A stretch of 63,630 nucleotides of DNA, filler included, from Octopus bimaculoides (taxonomy: Eukaryota), in assembly GCF_001194135.2 (NCBI RefSeq). It is 7 parts of 6 records of this genome, joined end to end, with 100 filler letters (N's around TTAATTAATTAA, not from the genome) between each part and the next. Parts side by side here need not be neighbours in the genome. Positions count along the whole stretch, not along the records: positions 42,727 to 58,180 come from NC_069001.1; positions 58,281 to 62,530 come from NC_069006.1; positions 62,631 to 63,630 come from NW_026425317.1; 4 more parts are not named here. One strand, given 5' to 3'. The notes below the pieces were generated by a model that was given only the letters and a program-made list of their open reading frames with translations, had not been told where the DNA came from and made no database searches. Within the stretch, counting starts at the first letter, position 1. Each line of letters begins with the position of its first letter. Positions 52,074 through 62,646 of the stretch are shown here, in pieces. The translations under genes were made by a program, and so were the position numbers.

Positions 52074-53097
52074 AGCATGCAGCAACAGCGTGATTTCCAA
52101 GAAAAACAAATGCTTCGTTCTATATAGCAGACATAGCTCTTGGTGTGAGGTTCCTTGACAATTCCACTAACTACACAAAGTCTGCTTCTCTGACGATTGC
52201 GTCAAACTTGAGGGTTTGATGCTGAACCGTCACCCAAAATTATAGCAATGGGGCTTATTGNNNNNNNNNNNNNNNNNNNNNNNNNNNNNNNNNNNNNNNN
52301 NNNNNNNNNNNNNNNNNNNNNNNNNNNNNNNNNNNNNNNNNNNNNNNNNNNNNNNNNNNNNNNNNNNNNNNNNNNNNNNNNNNNNNNNNNNNNNNNNNNN
52401 NNNNNNNNNNNNNNNNNNNNNNNNNNNNNNNNNNNNNNNNNNNNNNNNNNNNNNNNNNNNNNNNNNNNNNNNNNNNNNNNNNNNNNNNNNNNNNNNNNNN
52501 NNNNNNNNNNNNNNNNNNNNNNNNNNNNNNNNNNNNNNNNNNNNNNNNNNNNNNNNNNNNNNNNNNNNNNNNNNNNNNNNNNNNNNNNNNNNNNNNNNNN
52601 NNNNNNNNNNNNNNNNNNNNNNNNNNNNNNNNNNNNNNNNNNNNNNNNNNNNNNNNNNNNNNNNNNNNNNNNNNNNNNNNNNNNNNNNNNNNNNNNNNNN
52701 NNNNNNNNNNNNNNNNNNNNNNNNNNNNNNNNNNNNNNNNNNNNNNNNNNNNNNNNNNNNNNNNNNNNNNNNNNNNNNNNNNNNNNNNNNNNNNNNNNNN
52801 NNNNNNNNNNNNNNNNNNNNNNNNNNNNNNNNNNNNNNNNNNNNNNNNNNNNNNNNNNNNNNNNNNNNNNNNNNNNNNNNNNNNNNNNNNNNNNNNNNNN
52901 NNNNNNNNNNNNNNNNNNNNNNNNNNNNNNNNNNNNNNNNNNNNNNNNNNNNNNNNNNNNNNNNNNNNNNNNNNNNNNNNNNNNNNNNNNNNNNNNNNNN
53001 NNNNNNNNNNNNNNNNNNNNNNNNNNNNNNNNNNNNNNNNNNNNNNNNNNNNNNNNNNNNNNNNNNNNNNNNNNNNNNNNNNNNNNNNNNNNNNNNN

Positions 53098-53247
53098 GTG
53101 TGGTAAGAAGCTTGCTTCCCAACTACATGGTTCCGGGTTCAGTCCCAGTGCGTGACACCTTGGGTAAGTATCTTCTACTATAGCCTTGGGCCGAACAAAG
53201 GCTTGTGAGTGGATTTGGTAGACGGAAACTGAAAGAAGCCCATTGTG

Positions 53248-53323
<76 letters not shown>

Positions 53324-53625
53324 ACTGTTTGACCTCCGCCATCGCTTGACAACCGATGCAAACAAGTAAAAAATATACATATATGTATATATATTTGTGT
53401 GTGTCTTTGTATCTGTGTTTGTCCCCGCACCATCACTTGACAACCAAGGACGGTGTGTTTATGTCCTTGTAGCATAGCGGTTCGGCAAAGGAGACCGATA
53501 GAATAAGTACTAGGCTTGCAAAGAATAAGTCCAGCGGTTGATTTCTTCGACGAAAACCTTTTAAGGCGGTGTCCCAGCGCAGCCGCAGTCAAATGAGTGA
53601 AACGTGTAAAAGAGTAAAAGAGTAA
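53098..53625 (+). mobile_element. SINE family A, near full-length, with a duplicated body segment
   Basis: Head, (TA)n(TG)n, two CATC(G/A)CTTGACAACC motifs, and tail GCAGTCAAATGA..GTAAAAGAGTAA. Confidence 0.9.
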
Positions 53626-53834
53626 CAGACGATCAACAAAAGAATGACTGCTGGAAATTTCCGAAAAATTATTTGTAATTCCAAAACCATTTATTTGAAA
53701 GCGATATAACCTTTGCTTCGTATTTTGTGTTATCATGTCTTGTCAAACGGTATCAAAACTGAAGCATTCATTCGTGACTGCACTTCCCATTCACGCCTCA
53801 ATTCGACAGTAGGTGAGAAGGTGCGTCACCTGGA

Positions 53835-53945
53835 AGGGTCAGCGTTACCAGGAAGACAGCAGGCTGCCCAATCTCAGAATCGAAACCGCGATCTTACGTT
53901 ACGATCGTGAGCGCAACACTCTAGCCACTTGACCAATCACCTTCA
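53835..53945 (-). mobile_element. SINE family C head fragment
   Basis: GAATCGAAACCGCGATCTTACG..ATCGTGAGCGCAACACTCTAGCCACT. Confidence 0.65.
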
Positions 53946-54357
53946 CTTAGAAAGAATGAGTAAATAAAGTTATAGACCTGTACTCGATACGAACCTGGAG
54001 CCCGCCGCTTCACGAGAGGATGTGTGAGCCAACGAGGCCATTTTAAACATTTTTTTATTGGTTTCACTTAAAGTAAGAAGTTGTGCCCTTTGCCTTCCAA
54101 AGCCTTTCAAAACTGGCTTACAGAAATAGCAGCAAAAACAACTCTATGCTCTTTTAAAAATGGAAGAATACTGTTTGAAAAAGAATTATACGAGTTGGGG
54201 GTCATTGTTCATGATCTGTGCCCTGAAAATCGTGATTCTTTATTCGGATTGTTTGGGTGTCGGACAAAGTGTCTCGCGGTATTTTTTCCAACTCTTTACG
54301 TACTGAACTCTTGGGTGGTAGGTAGACTTTCCCGACTCAGCAGCCGGAGTTTATTAC

Positions 54358-54523
54358 CAACTCCTGGTCCTTCGAGGAAGTGGGGGTCTTTGAGCGACGT
54401 TCAGTCTGCTGCCAGTATCTGAATGAGTTTTCTAGTTTCTGGATTACTTCCGCAATTCTTCGCACCAGCTTCGGAAACCTTGGGAAAAGATCATGGTGCA
54501 TTGCTCTTCTTTGTCTGAATAAT
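54358..54523 (-). CDS. candidate 166-nt exon (LFRQRRAMHHDLFPRFPKLVRRIAEVIQKLENSFRYWQQTERRSKTPTSSKDQEL)
   Basis: Acceptor ttgttgttgtag and donor TTG|gtaata in a GC-rich island. An alternative frame would give a terminal exon DYSDKEEQCTMIFSQGFRSWCEELRK*. Confidence 0.35.
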
Positions 54524-56152
54524 CTACAACAACAACAGTAGCATCAGCAGTAGTAGTAGTAGTAGTAGTAGTAGCAAATACAACAGCAACACAAAGAAGC
54601 CGGAAATTGCTGAGTTACCTGATAAATTAATACAGGCAGTTCTTAGGCGTTACCCTACAACTAGAGTTTTTCTGTCCACTCTGACCTCTAAATCTGTCTA
54701 AGTTTATCTGCGATTCTAAGTTGTTTTGTGTAATATATGTATGTGAGTGTGTATATGTATGTGTGCGTGTATGAGTGCATGTGTGTTCGTGAGAGAGAGA
54801 AAGAGCATGTGTGTATGTATGTGTGTGTTTGTACGTGTGTGTGAGCGTGTATGCGCGCATGTATATGTACATTTATACACGTTCAGACGTACAAGTATTT
54901 GCATATTTGTATGTCACTATGTGTGTGTGTGTGTGTGTATACATACATACATACACACACACATACATATATATGCATATATATAAACATATATACATAC
55001 ATATGTACATATATATCTATATGCACACCCACCCAAGCATACATACATGCAATATGTGCGTGCGCATATACTCTACAAAAGAGCAGCAACAGACAGGCGT
55101 AGTGTACACATGTGTGCGTATGTGCAAGTGTGCGTGTGCATGTGTTTCCGTGTTAGTGTGTGTGTATGTGTGTATGTGCTTATGTGTGTATTAGTGTGTG
55201 TGTGTGTTTATGTGTGTATTAGTGTGTGTGTGTGTGTGTGTTTATGTGTGTATTAGTGTGTGTGTGTGTGTGTGTGTGTNNNNNNNNNNNNNNNNNNNNN
55301 NNNNNNNNNNNNNNNNNNNNNNNNNNNNNNNNNNNNNNNNNNNNNNNNNNNNNNNNNNNNNNNNNNNNNNNNNNNNNNNNNNNNNNNNNNNNNNNNNNNN
55401 NNNNNNNNNNNNNNNNNNNNNNNNNNNNNNNNNNNNNNNNNNNNNNNNNNNNNNNNNNNNNNNNNNNNNNNNNNNNNNNNNNNNNNNNNNNNNNNNNNNN
55501 NNNNNNNNNNNNNNNNNNNNNNNNNNNNNNNNNNNNNNNNNNNNNNNNNNNNNNNNNNNNNNNNNNNNNNNNNNNNNNNNNNNNNNNNNNNNNNNNNNNN
55601 NNNNNNNNNNNNNNNNNNNNNNNNNNNNNNNNNNNNNNNNNNNNNNNNNNNNNNNNNNNNNNNNNNNNNNNNNNNNNNNNNNNNNNNNNNNNNNNNNNNN
55701 NNNNNNNNNNNNNNNNNNNNNNNNNNNNNNNNNNNNNNNNNNNNNNNNNNNNNNNNNNNNNNNNNNNNNNNNNNNNNNNNNNNNNNNNNNNNNNNNNNNN
55801 NNNNNNNNNNNNNNNNNNNNNNNNNNNNNNNNNNNNNNNNNNNNNNNNNNNNNNNNNNNNNNNNNNNNNNNNNNNNNNNNNNNNNNNNNNNAGAGGGAGA
55901 GAGAGAGAGGGAGAGAGAGAGAGGGAGAGAGAGAGAGAACTACAAGTACGTACACACTGGCACGTATAAAACATGCACATACGCACACATATTAACACAC
56001 AAACTCAAAAACATTTAACCGTACGACATATACATACACACACTCATGCAGAAATTCACATACCAATTCAAACATGCAAATATACACACAAACAAACACA
56101 TGCACACTTGGATATAAGCATACACACACACATCCACAGATAGACCTACACA

Positions 56153-56189
<37 letters not shown>

Positions 56190-56411
56190 ATTAAAATATA
56201 CATTGACACAGAAACCCAAACACACATTTAACCGTACAACTTGGACACACAGACACATATATAAAGACACACCTTCACATATACACAGACCTAAACACAC
56301 ACACACAAACACACACACACACACACACACGTACAGAGAGAGATACAGAGACAGACAGAGACAGACAAACTAACAGGAACACACTCACACATAAACTCAT
56401 TCACATACATA

Positions 56412-56640
56412 TATTTATTTCTTTATTGCCCACAGAGGACTAAACATAGAGGGGACAAACAAGGACAGACAAAAGGATTAAGTCGATTACATCGACCCCA
56501 GTGCGTAACTGGTACTTATTTAGTCGACCCCGAAAGGATAAAAGGCAAAGTCGACCTCAGCGGAATTTGAACTCAAAACGTAACGGCAGACGAAATACCG
56601 CTAAGCACTTCGCGCGGCGTGCTAACGTTTCTGCCATTGA
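56412..56640 (-). mobile_element. SINE family B copy with a Tx1-like 3' tail
   Basis: tRNA-like head (GCAGAAACGTTAGC, GAGTTCAAATTCC) and family B body; the last 38 nt match the Tx1 LINE 3' end. Confidence 0.85.
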
Positions 56641-56964
56641 CGCACAGAGCTAAACCCACTCGTAGACGTACAACATACACGCATACATACAATCACTCAC
56701 TAATGCACAAACACATATACACACACACACACACACACCACTCACCACCACCACCACCACTGCCAGACACACACCGACACGATTTCATGAATACACTCAC
56801 AAATTCACGAAGATACTGACGTAAACACACGTACGCTTTTATTAATGCCTCCACAACAAACGCACATCCACCATTACTGACGCACATTCGGTCACAAACG
56901 CAGAAACACATTCGTAGATACATATGCATACAATCCCTCTCTCTCTCTCTCTTTCTCTCTCTCC

Positions 56965-57210
56965 CTCTGTTTCAACACAGACCCTGGTTTCTCTTCGTTA
57001 CTTTTCTCTCTCTCTCTCTCTCTTTCGGTTCTTTTTTTAAACTTCTTCTCCTTTCTCTCTCTTTGTTACATACGTGCAGATACTAATGTGCATACACACA
57101 TACCCCCTCTCTCTATCTCTCTTTCTTTCTCTCCCTATCTCTCTCTTTCTTTCTTTCTTTCTCTCTCTCCCTATCTCTCTCTCAACACAGACCCTGATTT
57201 CTCTTCGTTA

Positions 57211-57241
<31 letters not shown>

Positions 57242-57337
57242 TTCGGTTCTTCTTTCTTTCTCTTTGTTACATACGTGCAGATACTAATGTGCATACACAC
57301 ATACCCCCCCTCTCTCTCTCTCTCTCTCTATCTCTTT
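56965..57337. repeat. tandem duplication with a unit of about 210 bp
   Basis: CAACACAGACCCTG(G/A)TTTCTCTTCGTTACTTTTC...TTTGTTACATACGTGCAGATACTAATGTGCATACACACATACCCC occurs twice; the copies differ mainly in CT-repeat length. Confidence 0.9.
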
Positions 57338-57539
57338 CTAATTATCTTTTTTTGCACCTTCTTTGTCTATATTTCACTTTCTGCTCTTATTTCTTTTACT
57401 TCCCTCTCGCTCTCTCTTTTTTTCTTCCCTGTCACTCCCTCTGCCTTCTCTCTCCATCCCCACCTCTTCATTAGGCATTCACCTACAACCGTGCTAATCA
57501 TTCTGCCAGCCCGCCGCCTTTTACTACTAATAATATTCT

Positions 57540-57745
57540 TTTCTACTCTAAGCACAAGGCCCGAAATTTTGGGGGAAGGGTCCTGTCGATTAGATCGACC
57601 CCAGTACGCAACAGGTACTTAATTTATCGACCCGAAAGGATGAAAGGCAAAGTCGACTTCGGCGGAATTTGAACTCAGAACGTAAAGACAGACGAAATAC
57701 CGCTAAGCAATTTGCCCGGCGTGCTAACAATTCGGCCAAAACACC
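57540..57745 (-). mobile_element. SINE family B copy (common tail)
   Basis: Body is nearly identical to 56470-56640, but the tail is GCACAAGGCCCGAAATTTTGGGGG. Confidence 0.85.
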
Positions 57746-57835
57746 ATCTTAATAATAATGATATTAATGCAAATATATCTAGTTTCTGAACGCTTTACGC
57801 AAATATCTTCCGTTACGTATATACATACATAAATG

Positions 57836-58137
57836 GTAAAGGTATAGACCTTCTTCGATCATGAATGACCTATGGGATTGCACCTAGAAAGTCCCCCTTC
57901 CGAGATACACATGCGGGCAAGGTTGCTTGCCCTTTGCATACCAGCCTCTCCTCTCTATGTCACTGATGTTATCCAAGGGAAAGGCAAACGGTATGTGACA
58001 TCGCAATTCATTTCTACAGCTGAGTGAACTGGAACAATGTGAAATAAAGTGTCTTGCTCAAGAACACAACACACAGGCCGGTCCGGGAATCGAACTCATA
58101 ACTTCACGATTGTAAGCTCGACGCCCTAACATCTGAA

Positions 58138-58138
<1 letters not shown>
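57836..58138 (-). mobile_element. SINE family C copy
   Basis: GGAATCGAACTCA..TTCACGATTGTAAGC; GTGAAATAAAGTGTCTTGCTCAAGAAC; tail shared with 30135-30365. Confidence 0.8.
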
Positions 58139-58180
<42 letters not shown>

Positions 58181-58314
58181 NNNNNNNNNNNNNNNNNNNN
58201 NNNNNNNNNNNNNNNNNNNNNNNNTTAATTAATTAANNNNNNNNNNNNNNNNNNNNNNNNNNNNNNNNNNNNNNNNNNNNAAGCTGAAGTACTCATGTAT
58301 TTCTCTTGGAACAG

Positions 58315-58395
58315 AAGTAACAAAGAACGGCACAGAAGAAAGTGAGGACAAAAAAGTTGAAGACTATTTGAACGTTTTCAAAGAAGAAACATTTG
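58315..58395 (+). CDS. candidate 81-nt phase-1/1 exon (EVTKNGTEESEDKKVEDYLNVFKEETF)
   Basis: Acceptor tttctcttggaacag and donor TTTG|gtcgtg (or an earlier AAA|gtgagg, also phase 1). Joins in frame to 60871. Confidence 0.5.
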
Positions 58396-58558
58396 GTCGT
58401 GTTTTGTTGTCACACCAAACGCAGGAGAACTGTGTTATTTAAGAAACTTATTGCATGAAGTTCGAAATAGTATTTTTTCTTTTGCCGCCGTGCATCGACA
58501 TTTTCAGTTTGAAGTGGTTGTGACCCAACGGGTTACGGGTACATATAATATATATATA

Positions 58559-59236
58559 TATCGTAGTTATTGGAATCTGACAAATACAGTGTTACCCCGA
58601 ATTTGACGTTTGCCGATCTTAACAGTCCTAAATAATCGGTACTGCGAAACCCGGGGTAACTTGTGGTAAAGCTTAGAGCTTCTGTTATTTATATGTTTAT
58701 ATGGTATATATACATACATTTATATGATTGGCTATTGGCGCAGGAGTGACTCAAATGCGCAGGTGTGGTTGTGTGGTCAGTAGCTTCCTTTACCAACCAC
58801 ATGGTTCCGGGTTCAGTCCCAATGCGTGGTACCTTGGGCAAGTGTCTTCTACTATGGCATCGGGCCGACCAAAGCCTTGTGAGTGGATTTGGTAGACGGA
58901 AACTGAATGAAGCCCATCGTATATTTATGCATATATATATATCTATATGTATGTATGTCTGTGTATATGTTTGNNNNNNNNNNNNNNNNNNNNNNNNNNN
59001 NNNNNNNNNNNNNNNNNNNNNNNNNNNNNNNNNNNNNNNNNNNNNNNNNNNNNNNNNNNNNNNNNNNNNNNNNNNNNNNNNNNNNNNNNNNNNNNNNNNN
59101 NNNNNNNNNNNNNNNNNNNNNTAGAATAAGTTCTAGGCTTACAAAGATTTAGTCCTGGGGTTGATTTGTTCGAGTAAAGGCTCCAGCATGACCGCAGTCA
59201 AATGACTGAAACAAATGAAGAATAAAGAATAAAAGA

Positions 59237-59272
<36 letters not shown>

Positions 59273-59730
59273 TCTTTTATTAAGCGATGGTGGGGGGGGG
59301 GGACAGACGCACAAACATATACACAGACATACATACATACATATAGATATATATATATACATAAATATACGATGGGCTTCATTCAGTTTCCGTCTACCAA
59401 ATCCATTCACAAGGCTTTGGTCGGCCCGATGCCATAGTAGAAGACACTTGCTCAAGGTACCACACATTGGGACTGAACCCGGAACCATGTGGTTGGTAAA
59501 GGAAGCTACTGACCACACAACCACACCTGCGCATTTGAGTCACTCCTGCGCCAATAGCCAATCATATAAATGTATGTATATATACCATATAAACATATAA
59601 ATAACAGAAGCTCTAAGCTTTACCACAAGTTACCCCGGGTTTCGCAGTACCGATTATTTAGGACTGTTAAGATCGGCAAACGTCAAATTCGGGGTAACAC
59701 TGTATTTGTCAGATTCCAATAACTACGATA
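58559..59730. repeat. fold-back inverted duplication (arms 58559-58973 and 59312-59730) containing SINE family A copies
   Basis: The arms are reverse complements that include about 180 bp of non-SINE flank; a 54-nt palindrome lies at 59228-59281. Confidence 0.9.
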
Positions 59731-60870
59731 ACTCCTTAATCTCGTATCCAATAGTTTTCACATTCCTTGTTAGCACAAGTCTTTCTGCCAAAGCACACAA
59801 CCCCCCACACTCACGCACACATACATGCACACGCACATACACCCACGTTGAGTCGTTCTAGAACTGTAGCTACAGAATGTATTTTAGGTTATATCAAAGC
59901 CATACGGAAAAAAAAGATGGCGAATGCTGTAATGGCGGTTTAAGTCAGAAAACAAACGGGGGAAAGAAAATGAAGAAAAGCAGACGACAGTTGATTGTTT
60001 GGTCAAATGAAGCGAAACATTTGTAGAATTAATAACTCGGACAGGAGAACGGGAAGGAAATTAGTGTGTGTTTAAGCGTTAATTAAATAGAAATAAAGTT
60101 AGGTTACTAGTGAGAAATTACAAGTTGTCCGGAATATCTTTTAACCAGACGAGCTTGTTATTGTGTACGTTTGGTTGTGTGTGCGTGAGTGCTAGAATAT
60201 TTGTGTATGTGTGTGTGAGTGTGTGTGTGTGTGAGCGCGTGTGTGTATGTGTATGTGAGCGTGTGTGTGTGTGTTTGTGTGAGTAATGTTGAGTATGTGT
60301 ACAGTAGTGACGCTGTGATGTGTATTCATGCTCGTGTGCGCGCGTGGGTGTGTGTATATAATTAACAGTATATATACATATGTGTGTGTGTGTGAATATA
60401 TGCATGTGTGTATATGTATATTTATATCTATATATCTATATATATGATGATTTTAATGGTTGTATGAGTGCATGTGTGCGTATGCATGTGTATGTGTGTG
60501 GTAAAAATGATGGCGATGTGTGGCTTCGCTTGTATGTATGTGTGTGTGTGTGTGTGTGTGTGAGTGTGAGTGTGCATGGCAGTGATAGTGGTGGTGTGTC
60601 GATTCGCTTGTATGCGTGTGTGTGTATCTGTGTGTGCATACGTTTGTATGCATGTTTGAATTGCTGGATGATGTTAAGTATATGTTTCGTAGTGAGATTG
60701 TTGTGTTGGTTAATGTTTGTGCGTGGGTAAGAGTGTGTGAATGCGTATGTGTGTGTGTGCATATNNNNNNNNNNNNNNNNNNNNNNNNNNNNNNNNNNNN
60801 NNNNNNNNNNNNNNNNNNNNNNNNNNNNNNNNNNNNNNNNNNNNNNNNNNNNNNNNNNNNNNNNTTTTAG

Positions 60871-61689
60871 ATTCTGATGACACCCCTTCTTCACAGCAAG
60901 CAGCCCCTGAGGCACCTCATTCACAAGCTGGATACCCAACTCTACCACCTTCTACTCAATCGAATGTTACCCCACAACAGCAGTCGCAAGGGTACCCTAC
61001 CCAGCCACAGTCGCAGGGGTACCCAAACCAGCAACAGCCACAAGGATACAACAACCAGCAACAGCCACAAGGATACAACAACCAGCAACCACCACCACAG
61101 GGCTACCCCAACCAACAACAGCCACCACCGCAGGGGTACCCAACCCAGCAACAGCCACAAGGGTACCCAACCCAGCAACAACCACAGGGGTACCCAAACC
61201 AACAGCAACCACAGGGGTACCAACAACCACCACAGGGGTACCCTAACCAGCAACCACCACAAGGGTACCAAACCCAGCAGCCACCACAAGGCTACCCAAG
61301 CCAACAGCAGCCACAGGGGTATCCTAATCAACAGCAACCACAACAAGGTTGCCCTAATCAGCAACAGCCTCAGGGCTACCCTACTCAACAGCAATCCCAA
61401 GGGTACCCTAACCAGCAACCACAAGGATACTACAATCAACAACAAGGGTATCCAAACCAGCAGCCTCAAGGCTATCAGGGTCAACAACCTGGCTATGCTG
61501 CACCCCAGTCAGGAGGCTACTCACAGCCACCAGTGTCGGGCCAAGGTCAAGGTCAGCCTCCTGCACCACCTGGGTATGTACCTCCACCAACAACAAGTGC
61601 CACAAAATCCCGTCCACCTGTGCCACCAGGCTTCACTTCCGAATCAGCTATAGGATATAATCAGCCTTTAGCCCAGCCTCAAACCACAG
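60871..61689 (+). CDS. 819-nt phase-1/1 exon encoding a Q/P/G/Y-rich low-complexity repeat region (about 18 x QGY[P/N/Q]..QQP)
   Basis: ttttag acceptor (upstream context in gap) and G|gtatgt donor; 273 codons, stop-free. Synonymous third-position variation between repeats indicates coding selection rather than a DNA satellite. Confidence 0.88.
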
Positions 61690-61928
61690 GTATGTCGATG
61701 AGTATATCATATATAACAAGGGTATTTTATATACTAACAGAGTACATAAGGAGTTTAATTTGTAACATATATTTTTAATTACCTCATTCTTCCACCGATG
61801 GGGTTTGGGGCATTCTCATGTTCATATGTGAGAGTCAGAGGCACAAATTGTGAAATATTTAAGCTGTAAATCTCAAACATTTGTAAGAATTGTATTGATT
61901 CTTTTTTTCACACTAAAGTTTTTCTACA

Positions 61929-62007
61929 TGGGACAAATACTAACAAACAGTGGTAGAGCATTCAACTGCAGATTGAGAGGTCCCCGGTTCAATCCCGAGT
62001 GTCCCCT
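61929..62007 (+). pseudogene. tRNA-Cys(GCA) pseudogene
   Basis: CAGTGGTAGAGCA-TTCAA-CTGCAGA-TTGAG-AGGTCCCCGGTTCAATCCCGAGTGTCCCCT, anticodon GCA at 61968-61970. The 5' acceptor strand is partly kept (TGGGACA), but an insertion disrupts the D-arm/A-box. Confidence 0.85.
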
Positions 62008-62047
62008 TTAAAATTTTCATTTTCAAAGATTTTTTAACTATATATAT

Positions 62048-62488
62048 ATATATTTGTGAGGGTACATGGCCAAGTGATTAGGGTGTTGTATTCTTAATCG
62101 CTAGATCATGATTTCAATTCCTAGACCGGGTGGTGTGTTGTGTTCTTGAGCAAAACACCTCATCTCACATTGCTCTGAGATCACTTCAACACCTGATCAT
62201 GGTATACCTGTTGCACCTGTTCAAGCAACATAAAAAGCACGTAAAAAGCAACATTTGAGCATGGTCGTTACCAGTGCTGCCTGACTGGTCCTCATGCCAG
62301 TGGCACGTAAAAAGCACCCACTACACTCTCGGAGTGGTTGGCGTTAGGAAGGGCATCCACCTGTAGAAACTCTGCCAGATCAGACTGGAGCCTGGTGCAG
62401 CCATCTGGTTCACCAGTCCTCAGTCAAACCGTCTAATCCATGTTAGCATGAAAAGCGGACGTTAAACAACAACGATGATGATGATGAT
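62048..62488 (+). mobile_element. SINE with family C-like head and a long tail ending in (GAT)n
   Basis: TGGCCAAGTGATTAG, TTCAATTCC, GTTCTTGAGCAAAACAC, then GGCACGTAAAAAGCAC...GGACGTTAAAC...GATGATGAT. Confidence 0.8.
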
Positions 62489-62522
<34 letters not shown>

Positions 62523-62646
62523 TTATATATNNNNNNNNNNNNNNNNNNNNNNNNNNNNNNNNNNNNNNNNNNNNTTAATTAATTAANNNNNNNNNNNNNN
62601 NNNNNNNNNNNNNNNNNNNNNNNNNNNNNNTGGAAATAAACTCCAG

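Noticed and set aside
53965-54050. Functional tRNA on the minus strand
   Set aside because: Only a B-box-like GGTTCG and a possible anticodon loop are present; no complete cloverleaf can be drawn, so it is at most a decayed tRNA-derived fragment.
60877-61653. Alternative-frame and antisense ORFs over the QGY exon
   Set aside because: They are shadows of the repetitive coding frame; variation between repeats is synonymous in the QGY frame.
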